Source: Planctopirus limnophila DSM 3776
GTDB lineage: Bacteria > Planctomycetota > Planctomycetia > Planctomycetales > Planctomycetaceae
Direction: 5' to 3'
Length of the DNA: 32,000 bases
NCBI RefSeq assembly: GCF_000092105.1
Contig: NC_014148.1
Span: 2,430,001 to 2,462,000 of the forward strand
In this document: positions 1 through 9,387 of the stretch, in pieces
How positions within the stretch are numbered: the first letter of the stretch is position 1
Layout of the letters: the number at the start of each line of letters is the position of its first letter
Translations under genes and position numbers: made by a program
The notes under the pieces: generated by a model
What the model was told of the DNA's origin: nothing
The model's input: the letters and a program-made list of their open reading frames with translations, nothing else
The model's database searches: none

Positions 1-1121
1 ACCAGTTGCCGGCCGAAGTCATCGATCAGAAACACCCCGCCATTTGCCTTGATGTGTAGAGGTGCTGCATAGAACTGCGAAACTTTGCTGTATTGCAGTT
101 CGAGCATATCCAGCGTCAGTTCACCGCCTGTGATGACCACTGGACGTCGGATTCGGCGCCACCGCGGGTCAGCCACACCATTCCCAACGACCAAAGATCC
201 ACTGGAGGTGTTGTATCCTGCTGAAGTGGTCTGGGCGGGATTTCCTGTCGTGGGTTGTTCCGCATCGTCTGTCGTTTTGTGCAGGATGGGATCAAAGACC
301 GTGATAATGCTGTTTTCAGTCTGAATTGCATAAGGGACATAGATCTCGCCGCAATACAGATTGAGATAGCGCCCCAATCCTTTGGCGATCATGGTCTTCC
401 CATTACCGGGCGGGCCATAGACAAAGATCGAGCGGCCACTGCAGACTGCCGGGCCAATTTCGTCAAGCAACCCTGGCTTCAGAACCATCCCCTGAAAGGC
501 CTGCATGATCGTTTGCGGATTGCAGTACACACCTGATACCGCTTGGCGCCGGCACTGCTCCACATACTGTTCCAACGTGACTGGGGCAGGGCCCGCATAG
601 CGGCAACTCTCAAAGCATTCCCGAGCACGCACGCGCCCCATATCCGTCAAACTGAACCGATAAGAAACTCGCCCCAGAAGATCGCCTTGAGAAACCTCAA
701 CACACCGCTGATCTTTAAGAAACCGCAGAGCTTCATCGAGAATCGGAAAGGGGAGCCTTAATTGCCGGGCGATATCTGCCCCAAACATGTTTCCATGAAC
801 ATAGAGTTCTTTGAGGACGAACTCTGCCATCGCCCCCAGCCCCAGGCCAGTTTCTTTCAGATTGGTCGGCACACGTGGTGCCGGCACCAAGACGGCAGGA
901 TTCTGACTCCGCTGTCGCCCGGCTGATGGCAAGGGCATGCCTTCTGACTCTTCAAGTTCATCATCGTTCACGATGAACTGGGCAGCGGTTGCTGTTCGAA
1001 CAACTGGTCGAGAGGGAACCCCGAACAGATCTTTGATGGCATCGTCTTTGGAATGATGCGCCTCGATCCTGGAGGGAGGCAAGCTTCCGGGGGAGCGCTG
1101 CGATCCTGTGCTATCGCTCAT
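1..1121 (-). CDS. AAA+ family ATPase, partial (C-terminus lies beyond the left window edge)
   Basis: My own translation of the minus strand from ATG (complement of 1119-1121) is open all the way to position 3. The ORF is missing from the supplied track because no stop lies inside the window. It begins MSDSTGSQRSPGSL. It contains Walker A IFVYGPPGNGKTMIAKG (plus strand about 385-420) and Walker B-like GGVFLIDDFGRQ near the left edge. The N-terminal region (LRLPFPILDEALRFLKDQRCVEV) looks winged-helix-like. Confidence 0.8.
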   Translation of the reverse strand, partial: MSDSTGSQRSPGSLPPSRIEAHHSKDDAIKDLFGVPSRPVVRTATAAQFIVNDDELEESEGMPLPSAGRQRSQNPAVLVPAPRVPTNLKETGLGLGAMAEFVLKELYVHGNMFGADIARQLRLPFPILDEALRFLKDQRCVEVSQGDLLGRVSYRFSLTDMGRVRARECFESCRYAGPAPVTLEQYVEQCRRQAVSGVYCNPQTIMQAFQGMVLKPGLLDEIGPAVCSGRSIFVYGPPGNGKTMIAKGLGRYLNLYCGEIYVPYAIQTENSIITVFDPILHKTTDDAEQPTTGNPAQTTSAGYNTSSGSLVVGNGVADPRWRRIRRPVVITGGELTLDMLELQYSKVSQFYAAPLHIKANGGVFLIDDFGRQL

Positions 1122-1208
1122 TGAAACCCCCTCAAGCCTCTCTACAGATCAACAGACCTTCAACTCGACAGTATCCACCTGTTTCTGCCAGAAGATTGAC
1201 GCCTGGAC

Positions 1209-1919
1209 TTATGGAGCGATGGCAGGAGATCCCATATTGCCCGTGGAGGTCGCAGCTCCAGAAGATGGCATTCCTGAGGATGTCCCCACGGTCATCTGCA
1301 GCCTCGGAGTGGGCATACTCTGAAGTTCGAGATTCCTCAACCGATCAATTTCCCGGGCCGGCCGACCTGTGGGATAGTCAATACGCTCTTGAATTAAACT
1401 CATGGCACTGGGGTCAATCGTCCCCACAGCCGCCTGCAGCTGTGTCATCCGTGCCTGATCAACTTCTGGTACACCCGACTTAGCCATGTAGAGCATGCGA
1501 TATTCAGGAGGTGCCGATGTCAGTACCCAATGCACCTGTCTCAGCCCCGAAGAGGTGAGCATATTGGTGTCGGAATCGAAGTGATACTCATGAATTGTCG
1601 TGGCATCGGCCCAGCCATTATTGGCCTGAATCGCAAACATATCCCGCACTGAAGCTTCATCTTCGCAGCGATAAGGATGTGGCCAGTAATGTGCGTGATG
1701 GTATTTATGCACAAACGTCTGACCGCGACCTACCGGACGAGGATAGGGGGGCCACTCTTTTCCATCCTTATAAACCTGACGTGTTCCCGGAGGATCAGTG
1801 GCACGATCAGCCCACCATTCCTTCGACCAGAACCTTGGGCCATCACCGGCAAGTGCTGTGGTTCTGGCTTCAACCAGGAGCACGAGTACCGACAACCAGA
1901 GTATGACAGACCTGTTCAT
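1209..1919 (-). CDS. Secreted hypothetical protein, His/Trp/Tyr-rich
   Basis: Track ORF 1209..1958. An internal ATG at 1919 gives MNRSVILWLSVLVLLVEA, a signal-peptide-like N-terminus, preceded by GGAAGG about 8 nt upstream. No family recognised. It is co-oriented with the ATPase gene 87 nt downstream. Confidence 0.6.
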   Translation of the reverse strand: MNRSVILWLSVLVLLVEARTTALAGDGPRFWSKEWWADRATDPPGTRQVYKDGKEWPPYPRPVGRGQTFVHKYHHAHYWPHPYRCEDEASVRDMFAIQANNGWADATTIHEYHFDSDTNMLTSSGLRQVHWVLTSAPPEYRMLYMAKSGVPEVDQARMTQLQAAVGTIDPSAMSLIQERIDYPTGRPAREIDRLRNLELQSMPTPRLQMTVGTSSGMPSSGAATSTGNMGSPAIAP

Positions 1920-2187
1920 TGAGACGCCTTCCCTGGGCTCACTGACAGTTGAATCCATTCCAGAACGCCATCAATCCGGTACTCAATCCAGCGCACTGAA
2001 TTTTGCGGTCCTGCAACAATCGTGTGGTCGCAGAGTACTCAGATATCTCCGTTCACCAGCTCATGAGCATGCACGCGCCATCCTGGCCAGCATCCATTCT
2101 CATGTTTCAGTATCGTCGTCCGATCGAATCAATCATGACGGGAAAATCGACAACAACGCTGGCTGATGCAGCAAACCTTGCCGATTT

Positions 2188-2505
2188 TCAGACATCAGCT
2201 TCCGGCCACTCGACGCAAATCATGCCGTCAATCACCTGCGTACTAAAAGACTGCAGTTTCAGCCGGGGGTTTAAGGCATGCTCGCCGCTCCGCAAATCGT
2301 ATTGCCAACCATGCCAGGGGCAGGTCACGAGGCAGCCCTGCACAGCACCACGGGCAATTGGCCCACCGGCATGCAGGCACATCCCCTCGACGGCGAAAAG
2401 ACCTTCCTCGCGATGAAACAGCGCTATAATCCGGCCTTCGACCACATACTCACCCGCAGAACCTGCCGAGAATTCGGTGACAGCGACCAGAGGCACAAAC
2501 CGCAT
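2188..2505 (-). CDS. Rieske [2Fe-2S] domain protein (NirD-like small ferredoxin)
   Basis: 105 aa carrying the two Rieske cluster boxes C-L-H (EGMCLHAGGP) and C-P-W-H (VTCPWHGWQYD). ATG start confirmed at 2505. Confidence 0.85.
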   Translation of the reverse strand: MRFVPLVAVTEFSAGSAGEYVVEGRIIALFHREEGLFAVEGMCLHAGGPIARGAVQGCLVTCPWHGWQYDLRSGEHALNPRLKLQSFSTQVIDGMICVEWPEADV

Positions 2506-2537
2506 CGTTATACTCCGAAGATGTCATCTCACAGACG

Positions 2538-3476
2538 TCAGGCGGCTTTGCGACGTACTCGCGGCTCACTCTTCCAACGGCGATGAACCCAGAAATACTG
2601 TTCGGGCGAACGGCGGATCATCCGCTCCAGAGCCTGGGTGTATTCCTCAGTAATCGCCCGCACAGGATCTGAGGCTGTGATCGTGCGAGGATCAATCAAG
2701 GCTTCACAGCCCATCTCGAACTCAACCCAGTGCTGTTGATGAAATGAGTCTTTCGATCTCGTCGAATACCCCACCATCAGGAGTGCATCGTACTCCAGTG
2801 CTAACAGGGCGATCGATTTGAAGGTCGATGCGGGATGACCAAAAAAATCGACGAACAGACCTCTTGATCCAGCATCCTGATCACCCAGCAGCGCCAGATG
2901 CCCGCCACGCGAAAGAAGCTCAAGCATTTCGTCGAAGTCGCCTCTTTTGAGCATCAATCGATGACCTGTCCCCTCACGATACTCCTTGAACCATTCATGC
3001 AGATACGGATTATCCAGAGCTCGAGCAATCACTCCTAAAGGAAATCCCCAAAGCCCGAAGGTGCTGATTCCTAACTCCCAGTTTCCAAAGTGCCCACCCA
3101 CAAAGATCACCCGTCGACCTGAACACATCGCTTCGACGGTGGGCTGATATTCTGCATAACGCACAATCCTGCGATAGGAATGAATATGCAGTTTACGAGG
3201 CCCCTGAACCATCTCGGGGATCATGCGAAAGAGATGCACCCACATCTGCCGGAGAATTGCCTCCTGCTGCTTCAATGTGTGGGTCTGGCCAAATGCCCGG
3301 CCAATATTCTCCATCGCCACAGCTTTTCGAGTCCATCGTGCCGGCAGTACATCGCAGAGCAGCCAGGCCAACGTGTGCGCCAGGCTATCGACCCACACGA
3401 CAGGCAACATCTCGCAGACGCAGACGGCGCAGCGAAAGGCCTGAAACTCGCACCAATGTCGCCAACTGTGCCGCAT
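2538..3476 (-). CDS. Lipid A biosynthesis (Kdo2-lipid IVA) acyltransferase family protein, LpxL/HtrB-like
   Basis: 312 aa. The C-terminal signature SPEQYFWVHRRWK is typical of the HtrB/MsbB (Lip_A_acyltrans) family. The stop lies 32 nt upstream of the Rieske gene start, consistent with an operon. Confidence 0.85.
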   Translation of the reverse strand: MRHSWRHWCEFQAFRCAVCVCEMLPVVWVDSLAHTLAWLLCDVLPARWTRKAVAMENIGRAFGQTHTLKQQEAILRQMWVHLFRMIPEMVQGPRKLHIHSYRRIVRYAEYQPTVEAMCSGRRVIFVGGHFGNWELGISTFGLWGFPLGVIARALDNPYLHEWFKEYREGTGHRLMLKRGDFDEMLELLSRGGHLALLGDQDAGSRGLFVDFFGHPASTFKSIALLALEYDALLMVGYSTRSKDSFHQQHWVEFEMGCEALIDPRTITASDPVRAITEEYTQALERMIRRSPEQYFWVHRRWKSEPRVRRKAA

Positions 3477-3716
3477 TCCTTCATCCCTGAAGCCTGAACC
3501 ATTCTGTAAGGTTCGTCTGCATCCTGCCTTTTAAGAGTTTTTATACTCACGAGTATTTTGCCGCAATTCTGTCTAAACTGCCAGCAGAGTTTCCAGCAAG
3601 CGATTTGAGGCCTCTTCGCGATGTCCTATCCAGCGACCAGAGGTTTCAGGATTTGCCAGCCAGATCACGTCGGGCCATCCCCGTTTACTGACAACAACAG
3701 TCCAGTGGAATGACTC

Positions 3717-5105
3717 ATGAATCTGCCATCTTTTCGATTTCAAATGATCCTTGCTGTCGTCGGCTGTTTGGCATTCGCAACGGTAGATCGAACGGCACTC
3801 CATGCGAATGAACCAGCCAGTGCTCATTGGCCTGCTTTTCTCGGACAGGGCCGCGGAGAGATTGATCCGCAATCGATTCCACTCGAATGGAATGAATCCA
3901 AAAACATTGCCTGGAGTGCTCAACTCCCAGGTTATGGCCAATCCAGCCCCGTGATCTGGAAGGATCACGTTTATATCACCTCGGTCGAAGGACCTAAAAA
4001 AGATACCTTTTATCTGGTTTGCCTGAACTTGTCGGACGGCGCTGAAAAATGGCGATCAACCATTGCCAATACTGCACCAGTTGAATCCAGCCTGTATGTC
4101 AGTCGAGCAGCCCCCACACCTGTGGTCGATGACAATGGTGTCTACGCAATCTTCGAAAGTGGCGACATCCTCGCAAGTGATCACACCGGACACCGTCTCT
4201 GGACGCGTGCGCTGACCAAGGACTATGGTCCGCTGGTGAACGAATTTGGCCTCGCTGCTTCGCCAGTGCAGGGCCCCGACTGGATTGCTGTGCTGATGGA
4301 TCACAATGCCGGCGGATACATCGCCAGGCTTTCGAAGAAAACTGGTGAAACAGAATGGAAGATCGACCGATCAGCTCGGCAAAGCTGGGCCTCACCAGCG
4401 ATTGTCGTGCATGAAGGCCAACCCGTGATTGTCTGCAGTTCAGCCGGAAGTGTGGATGTCTACCATCCCCAGGATGGCAAGCTGCTGGCATCTCGCACGG
4501 ATGTTGGTGGCAATACTTCATCCACACCGATCCCTGCTGGCGAGAGTCTCTTCCTCGTCGGGGCTTCCGTCGGCCGCGATGATGCCGGTCGCTCCGAGAA
4601 CGCCAAAAAATCGAACATGGCCGTCCGTATGGTCACGGGCCCCGCAGGTCTCGCACTGGAAACCGTATGGATCGCTAAAGACGCAATGCCCACGTTTGGT
4701 TCACCGATGACATTTGCAGGTCATTCCTATTGGGTCAATCGTGCGGGAGTCGTCTTTTGTATCGACACACAAACGGGCGAACAAAAGTACGCTGAGCGGC
4801 TGGCTCAATCGATGTGGGCCACACCACTTGGCATTGGCGATCGCCTCTACATCTTCGGCAAAGAAGGCGTGACGACAGTTCTCGCCACGGGTCCGGAGTT
4901 CAAGAAACTGAGTGAGAACCGGCTCTGGGATCCCGAGAAAATTGTAGCCGATCCATCCATTGCCGAAAGAGAGAAAACCGAGGAACGACGCCGGGCAGCC
5001 GCTAATTTTTCCGGCCCGACTCAGTACGGAGTGGCTGCCGTCACAGGCAGTCTGCTGATCCGGAAAGGTTCCGAACTGGTGTGTATTCGTAACATGCCCC
5101 GCTGA
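3717..5105 (+). CDS. Secreted PQQ-like beta-propeller repeat protein (BamB-like fold)
   Basis: 462 aa. It has an N-terminal signal-like segment ILAVVGCLAFA and repeated W/G-rich blade motifs (SSPVIWKDHVYITS, GVYAIFESGDILASD, WASPAIVVHEG, GDRLYIFGKEG). Confidence 0.75.
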   Translation: MNLPSFRFQMILAVVGCLAFATVDRTALHANEPASAHWPAFLGQGRGEIDPQSIPLEWNESKNIAWSAQLPGYGQSSPVIWKDHVYITSVEGPKKDTFYLVCLNLSDGAEKWRSTIANTAPVESSLYVSRAAPTPVVDDNGVYAIFESGDILASDHTGHRLWTRALTKDYGPLVNEFGLAASPVQGPDWIAVLMDHNAGGYIARLSKKTGETEWKIDRSARQSWASPAIVVHEGQPVIVCSSAGSVDVYHPQDGKLLASRTDVGGNTSSTPIPAGESLFLVGASVGRDDAGRSENAKKSNMAVRMVTGPAGLALETVWIAKDAMPTFGSPMTFAGHSYWVNRAGVVFCIDTQTGEQKYAERLAQSMWATPLGIGDRLYIFGKEGVTTVLATGPEFKKLSENRLWDPEKIVADPSIAEREKTEERRRAAANFSGPTQYGVAAVTGSLLIRKGSELVCIRNMPR

Positions 5106-5135
5106 CCGGCACTTCTCACAACTGCTTAACCTTCA

Positions 5136-5186
5136 TCATGTCATTACCCTAATCATGTCAACACCCTAGTCATGTCATCACAGTGG
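5136..5186 (+). repeat. Three tandem 17-bp units, each starting TCATGTCA; the third contains the cca start codon
   Basis: Units are 5136-5152 tcatgtcattaccctaa, 5153-5169 tcatgtcaacaccctag and 5170-5186 tcatgtcatcacagtgg. Units 1 and 2 are 14/17 identical, and the period is exactly 17. Confidence 0.85.
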
Positions 5187-6434
5187 GATCTCGCCATCGA
5201 AATCGTCACCACACTCCGGCAGGCAGGGCACATCGCTCTGTTTGCTGGTGGATGTGTGCGCGATCTGCTGCTTGGCAAAACTCCTAAAGATTATGATGTT
5301 GCGACATCTGCCAATCCGGAGGAAGTCCAGCAGTTGTTTGGTTATCGCCGCACGAAAGCCGTGGGTGCCAGTTTTGGCGTCATCATGGTGCTCCCTGCTC
5401 GCAAAAAAGGCGAACCCCATCACAAATCTGATCAACCAGCCATACCACCCGTGGAAGTTGCCACGTTTCGCAAAGATGGTCTGTATGTCGATGGTCGCCG
5501 CCCTGAAACTGTCACGTTTTCTTCCCCCGAAGAAGATGCTCAACGGCGAGACTTTACGATCAACGGCATGTTCTTCGACCCACTGACTGAAACCGTTCAC
5601 GACTTTGTGGGAGGCCAGATTGATCTGCAGTCCAGGCAACTCCGCGCAATTGGCATCGCAGCCGACCGCTTCAAAGAAGACAAGCTGAGATTGCTCCGGG
5701 CAGTTCGGTTTAATTCCATCCTGGATTTCTCGATTGAATTCGAGACATGGCGAGCGATTCAAGATCTGGCACCCGAGATCTGTGTTGTCAGCCACGAACG
5801 TATTGCTGCGGAACTGCGCCGCATGCTGGCCCATCCTTCACGTCATTCATCGATCCAGACTTTAGACCACGCGGGATTAACAGGAGCTATTTTCGGCAAG
5901 ATTCTTTCAGCCACCAGCCCTGATTTACTCCTCGCTCTCCAATCGCTGAAGACAGACCACTTTGAAACAGCCATGGCTCTCTGGTTGCGGGAACTGCCCG
6001 TCGAGACGCTGAGAAGCATCTGCTCTCAACTTCGCCTGTCGAATCAGGAACGCGATGCCATCGTCTGGCTGCATACCATGCAGTCGGCATGGCTGGAATT
6101 CAGTGACTGGCCGGTATGCCGACAAAAGCGGCTTCTGGCATATCCTTTGGTCAATGAACTGATTGCGTCAGGCCAGGCTCTGGCCAGTGCCCAATTACTG
6201 GAAAGCCGCCATGTCGATGCTGCCATTGAAAGGCTGCAATCCTGGTCAAAGGAGGAGATCGATCCGCCGTTACAAGTGACAGGCGAAGACCTCATTCACT
6301 GGGGGATTTCGCCCGGCCCACAGTTCAAACAGATTCTCGAACAATTACGAGATGGCCAACTCGAAGGCCGGCTCACCAGCCGTGAAGCCGCTCATCAGTG
6401 GCTCGCTGATGAAAACTATCTCCCTCGAACCTGA
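5172..6434 (+). CDS. cca: CCA tRNA nucleotidyltransferase / poly(A) polymerase family protein
   Basis: 420 aa. The N-terminal nucleotidyltransferase signature is LFAGGCVRDLLLGKTPKDYDVATSA, followed by RDFTINGMFFDP, both typical of class II CCA-adding enzymes and PcnB. The family call is firm. The specific CCA versus poly(A) activity is not resolvable from sequence alone. Confidence 0.8.
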   Translation: MSSQWDLAIEIVTTLRQAGHIALFAGGCVRDLLLGKTPKDYDVATSANPEEVQQLFGYRRTKAVGASFGVIMVLPARKKGEPHHKSDQPAIPPVEVATFRKDGLYVDGRRPETVTFSSPEEDAQRRDFTINGMFFDPLTETVHDFVGGQIDLQSRQLRAIGIAADRFKEDKLRLLRAVRFNSILDFSIEFETWRAIQDLAPEICVVSHERIAAELRRMLAHPSRHSSIQTLDHAGLTGAIFGKILSATSPDLLLALQSLKTDHFETAMALWLRELPVETLRSICSQLRLSNQERDAIVWLHTMQSAWLEFSDWPVCRQKRLLAYPLVNELIASGQALASAQLLESRHVDAAIERLQSWSKEEIDPPLQVTGEDLIHWGISPGPQFKQILEQLRDGQLEGRLTSREAAHQWLADENYLPRT

Positions 6435-6639
6435 TCAAAAGCTGCATGTCATCCCACAGATGGATGGTTGGCTGCAATTTTTAATCCAAAAGGTGGGCCA
6501 GGCCATCGATGTGTCACAAAACACCTCTGGAGTTGCGAAATTCATCTCCATGAGCGAATCTTTGCATCGACATATGCCTTGATAATCACACTTGATTCCT
6601 CCTCTTCCGCACAACATCCATTTGCCGAAAGCCTGACAG

Positions 6640-7743
6640 ATGACTGCTCCCGTTCGTATAGCCATTATTGGTGCAGGGCTGGTCTCCGATTTTCACCATG
6701 TGCCAGGGATTCGGATTGACCAGCGGAGCAAACTCACTGCCGTCTGCGACCCCAACGAAGAGCTTCTCAACAAGCGGAAGACCGAATGGGGCGACGCGCT
6801 GTACACCACAAGTTACGAGGAAATTGCCCAATCTCCAGATGTTGATGCAGTGATCATCGCCACGCCGAACTTTACACATTTGCCGATCACGAAAGCCTGC
6901 CTGGAGGGTGGTAAGCACGTCATGTGCGAGAAACCACTCGGGGTCACTGCAGCCGAGGCCTGGGAGATGTTTCATCTCGCCGACAGATTGAAACTCAAAC
7001 ACATGACGGCCTTCACCTACCGCTTTGCCCCATCCATGATTTATCTCCGACATCTCCTGAAATCGGGTGGTCTCGGTGAACCCAGGCATTTTCGCAGCCA
7101 GCGATTCCTCGATTGGCCTGAAACGAGTTGGGGATGGCGACAATACAAAAAACTTGCCGGGGCAGGGGATCTTTACGACATGACCATCCACCGCATCGAC
7201 TTTGCACAAGATCTGCTCGGCCCGATTCAAAGTGTCTGCGGGGCTGTCAAAACTTTTGTCCCTCGTGACAAAACCGCAGATGGCAAATCCTGCGAACCTT
7301 CCGATGTCGATGACTGGTCAGCCATGATTGGCCGCTTTGCTTGCGGTGCTGTGGGTGTCTGGGAAGGCAGTACGTTGATGAAAGGTCACCACAACAAAGG
7401 TGTCGGCTACGAATGGGCCGAAATCAATGGGAGCGAAGGCTCAGCCGCCTATCTGCTGAATGAACCGCACCATATTATGCTTGGTAAACACGGTGGTTCG
7501 ATGGAAAAGGTCGATGTGCCTTCCCAATACTTAAAACCAGCGGGCAGCCCACGATCGACCACAGATGGTCTTCCGACCACTCTCTTCCGCTATGACCTCG
7601 TTTATGAGTTTGTTTCGTCGATTTTAGAAGATCGACCAGCGATGCCTGGCTTTGATCACGGTGCTCATGCACAAACTGTGGCCGATGCTGTCCTCGCTTC
7701 TTCAGCCGAAGGAAAGTGGATCGACGTTCCCAAGGTCTCTTGA
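6640..7743 (+). CDS. Gfo/Idh/MocA family NAD(P)-dependent oxidoreductase
   Basis: 367 aa. It has the N-terminal Rossmann motif RIAIIGAGLVSDFH, then VDAVIIATPNFTH and the conserved CEKP box (KHVMCEKPL). Confidence 0.85.
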   Translation: MTAPVRIAIIGAGLVSDFHHVPGIRIDQRSKLTAVCDPNEELLNKRKTEWGDALYTTSYEEIAQSPDVDAVIIATPNFTHLPITKACLEGGKHVMCEKPLGVTAAEAWEMFHLADRLKLKHMTAFTYRFAPSMIYLRHLLKSGGLGEPRHFRSQRFLDWPETSWGWRQYKKLAGAGDLYDMTIHRIDFAQDLLGPIQSVCGAVKTFVPRDKTADGKSCEPSDVDDWSAMIGRFACGAVGVWEGSTLMKGHHNKGVGYEWAEINGSEGSAAYLLNEPHHIMLGKHGGSMEKVDVPSQYLKPAGSPRSTTDGLPTTLFRYDLVYEFVSSILEDRPAMPGFDHGAHAQTVADAVLASSAEGKWIDVPKVS

Positions 7744-7824
7744 AACTCTTGCCTCAGACCACAGATACCCTGCTCACATCGGTAGCCAGTTGATCGTGTG
7801 AGTTTCAACTGAAATATGGGCAGT

Positions 7825-7977
7825 CTAATACAATTGCCAATAGACCACTGCCGCGATCATCAGACCTAAGGCGACGACCAGCCACAAGGTGGGGAGTCGC
7901 CACATCATTTGCCAGACTCCGGCATGGATGGCCTGATGCAACAGATTCTTTAAGAATTCTCGAGCACGGTCATCCAT
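7825..7977 (-). CDS. Possible 50-aa small membrane protein
   Basis: Found by hand; it is below the track's length cut-off. Translation is MDDRAREFLKNLLHQAIHAGVWQMMWRLPTLWLVVALGLMIAAVVYWQLY with one clear C-terminal TM helix. No obvious SD and no family recognised. Confidence 0.3.
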   Translation of the reverse strand: MDDRAREFLKNLLHQAIHAGVWQMMWRLPTLWLVVALGLMIAAVVYWQLY

Positions 7978-8047
7978 AGGGGAATCCAGGAATCAGTCAG
8001 CCAGCGAACTCCTGTCCGCAGCAAACGACCATAGTCGAAGTGTGAGG

Positions 8048-8100
8048 TGAATTCGTGTGGTGTTACCACAGATGGGCTGCTTTTCTCAAGCACGAATTCA
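8048..8100. repeat. Perfect 10-bp inverted repeat (tgaattcgtg / cacgaattca) enclosing a nested 6-bp hairpin (tgtggt-gtt-accaca)
   Basis: Arms at 8048-8057 and 8091-8100 are exact reverse complements. The inner hairpin is at about 8055-8069. The repeat lies in the gap between the GNAT gene stop and the small ORF, with no flanking U-run. Confidence 0.6.
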
Positions 8101-8199
8101 TCGGACAGTCTTTAAGAGCATGCAAGGCAATCAGCTGATTCGCCAACCAAATCTTCTGGAACGTAGGCCGGGGGTTTCTGCAGGATGTTGGACACGATG

Positions 8200-9387
8200 T
8201 TACTCATCATGACTTTTGACTGAAGACTGACAGAGATCGCGGACCGTGCGATAACAACTTTTCGCCGCCTGCAGAGCTTTTCCTCGTCGCGACCAGGAGA
8301 ACGTCCCGGAAAATAACTCCTGCCTGTCTTTCCAGACTGATTCCACATAAGAACCACGCACTGCACAACTATCGATGCGTGTAATTTCCGGATATCGCTG
8401 ACTGACAGCCGCAGCCATTTCCAGTTCGGACCACAACCCCGGCGCTCCAGCCGAGTAAGCAGGATCCCAGCCAATTTTGAATCCCACGAGTGTATCACCG
8501 CTTTGCAGATTGCAGGTACTGGCAATGGTCTGACCATTCAATTGCAGTTCACCGAACAGCACTCGTTTTTCGCGTGCCAGCCCATCGATCATTCTTCGAA
8601 AAAAAGCTTCGTCCGCACTTTTCAATCCAATGGCAGTGCCAGACAGCAGCTTCCAACCCGATTTTTCCAGACGCAGAAAGTCATTGACCTGAGGATCACG
8701 ACTGCTTTGCACGGGTTCGAGCCGATACTGAACTTCTCCCAATTCTTCTAAAGCACGCCGACAGCGTTTCAACGACTTCCGTCGACTCTTCGAACACGCC
8801 TGCAGCAGATCTTCGGTCGTCTGGTTTCTGCCCGTCACATACTCTGCTCGTTGCCATTCTCCAGTCGTTGTCACAGAGATTCCCAGCCTCTCAGCGGCTT
8901 CAATCATGAGTTGAGTCTGCATCGATTTCACAGGGAGATTCTTGATCTGAAATCCATGCCACTCTCGTTGCTGTAACTGATAGTCCAACAGCGCATCGAT
9001 GGCCCGTTTTTCGCTTTCACGGGAAACTAACCACCCCTGCTGAAAGGCGTATGGCGAAGCTAATCCTCTCGCCATCGGTAAAGGACTCAACAGACTCCAG
9101 CAGGCGACTTCAAACAGACAGAGCCCCAACCATCTGCCTGTCCTCAAATCTTCTGCAATCAATAGTATGGGACATAAACCGGTAGGAACTTCCTCGATCA
9201 GAGGAATCACAAACTCGGGATCGAGAAATACATTGGGTTCGATGGATTCACTGAAAAGTGTTCGCCACTTCATCAGGTCAAACTGTGATACATCCAAAGG
9301 ATGGAGTCGTCGGATACAAACCGGCCCCTCTTCAAGACTCTTTTCGGCTTCAGAGCAAGTGGACGACATGACGAGCAACAATTTCAC
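8200..9387 (-). CDS. GNAT-type N-acetyltransferase, CelD/BcsL (Acetyltransf_6)-like
   Basis: 395 aa. The C-terminal block LFGELQLNGQTIASTCNLQSGDTLVGFKIGWDPAYSAGAPGLWSELEMA resembles the CelD/FemAB-like GNAT family. The start is ambiguous: GTG at 9387 has GGAG 3 nt upstream, and an ATG lies at 9369. Confidence 0.6.
   Translation of the reverse strand: MKLLLVMSSTCSEAEKSLEEGPVCIRRLHPLDVSQFDLMKWRTLFSESIEPNVFLDPEFVIPLIEEVPTGLCPILLIAEDLRTGRWLGLCLFEVACWSLLSPLPMARGLASPYAFQQGWLVSRESEKRAIDALLDYQLQQREWHGFQIKNLPVKSMQTQLMIEAAERLGISVTTTGEWQRAEYVTGRNQTTEDLLQACSKSRRKSLKRCRRALEELGEVQYRLEPVQSSRDPQVNDFLRLEKSGWKLLSGTAIGLKSADEAFFRRMIDGLAREKRVLFGELQLNGQTIASTCNLQSGDTLVGFKIGWDPAYSAGAPGLWSELEMAAAVSQRYPEITRIDSCAVRGSYVESVWKDRQELFSGTFSWSRRGKALQAAKSCYRTVRDLCQSSVKSHDE

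Noticed and set aside
85-761. Small plus- and minus-strand track ORFs (85..324, 116..340, 255..536, 543..761)
   Set aside because: They overlap the long minus-strand AAA+ ATPase frame, which carries in-frame Walker A and B motifs. They are shadow ORFs.
3573-3968. A 131-aa minus-strand ORF spanning the divergent promoter region and the 5' end of the PQQ-propeller gene
   Set aside because: It overlaps the well-supported plus-strand gene and an intergenic region. Its composition is unremarkable and no motifs were found.
8112-8537. A 141-aa minus-strand ORF overlapping the 3' end of the GNAT gene
   Set aside because: It is in an alternative frame of the longer, motif-bearing GNAT ORF, so it is a shadow ORF.
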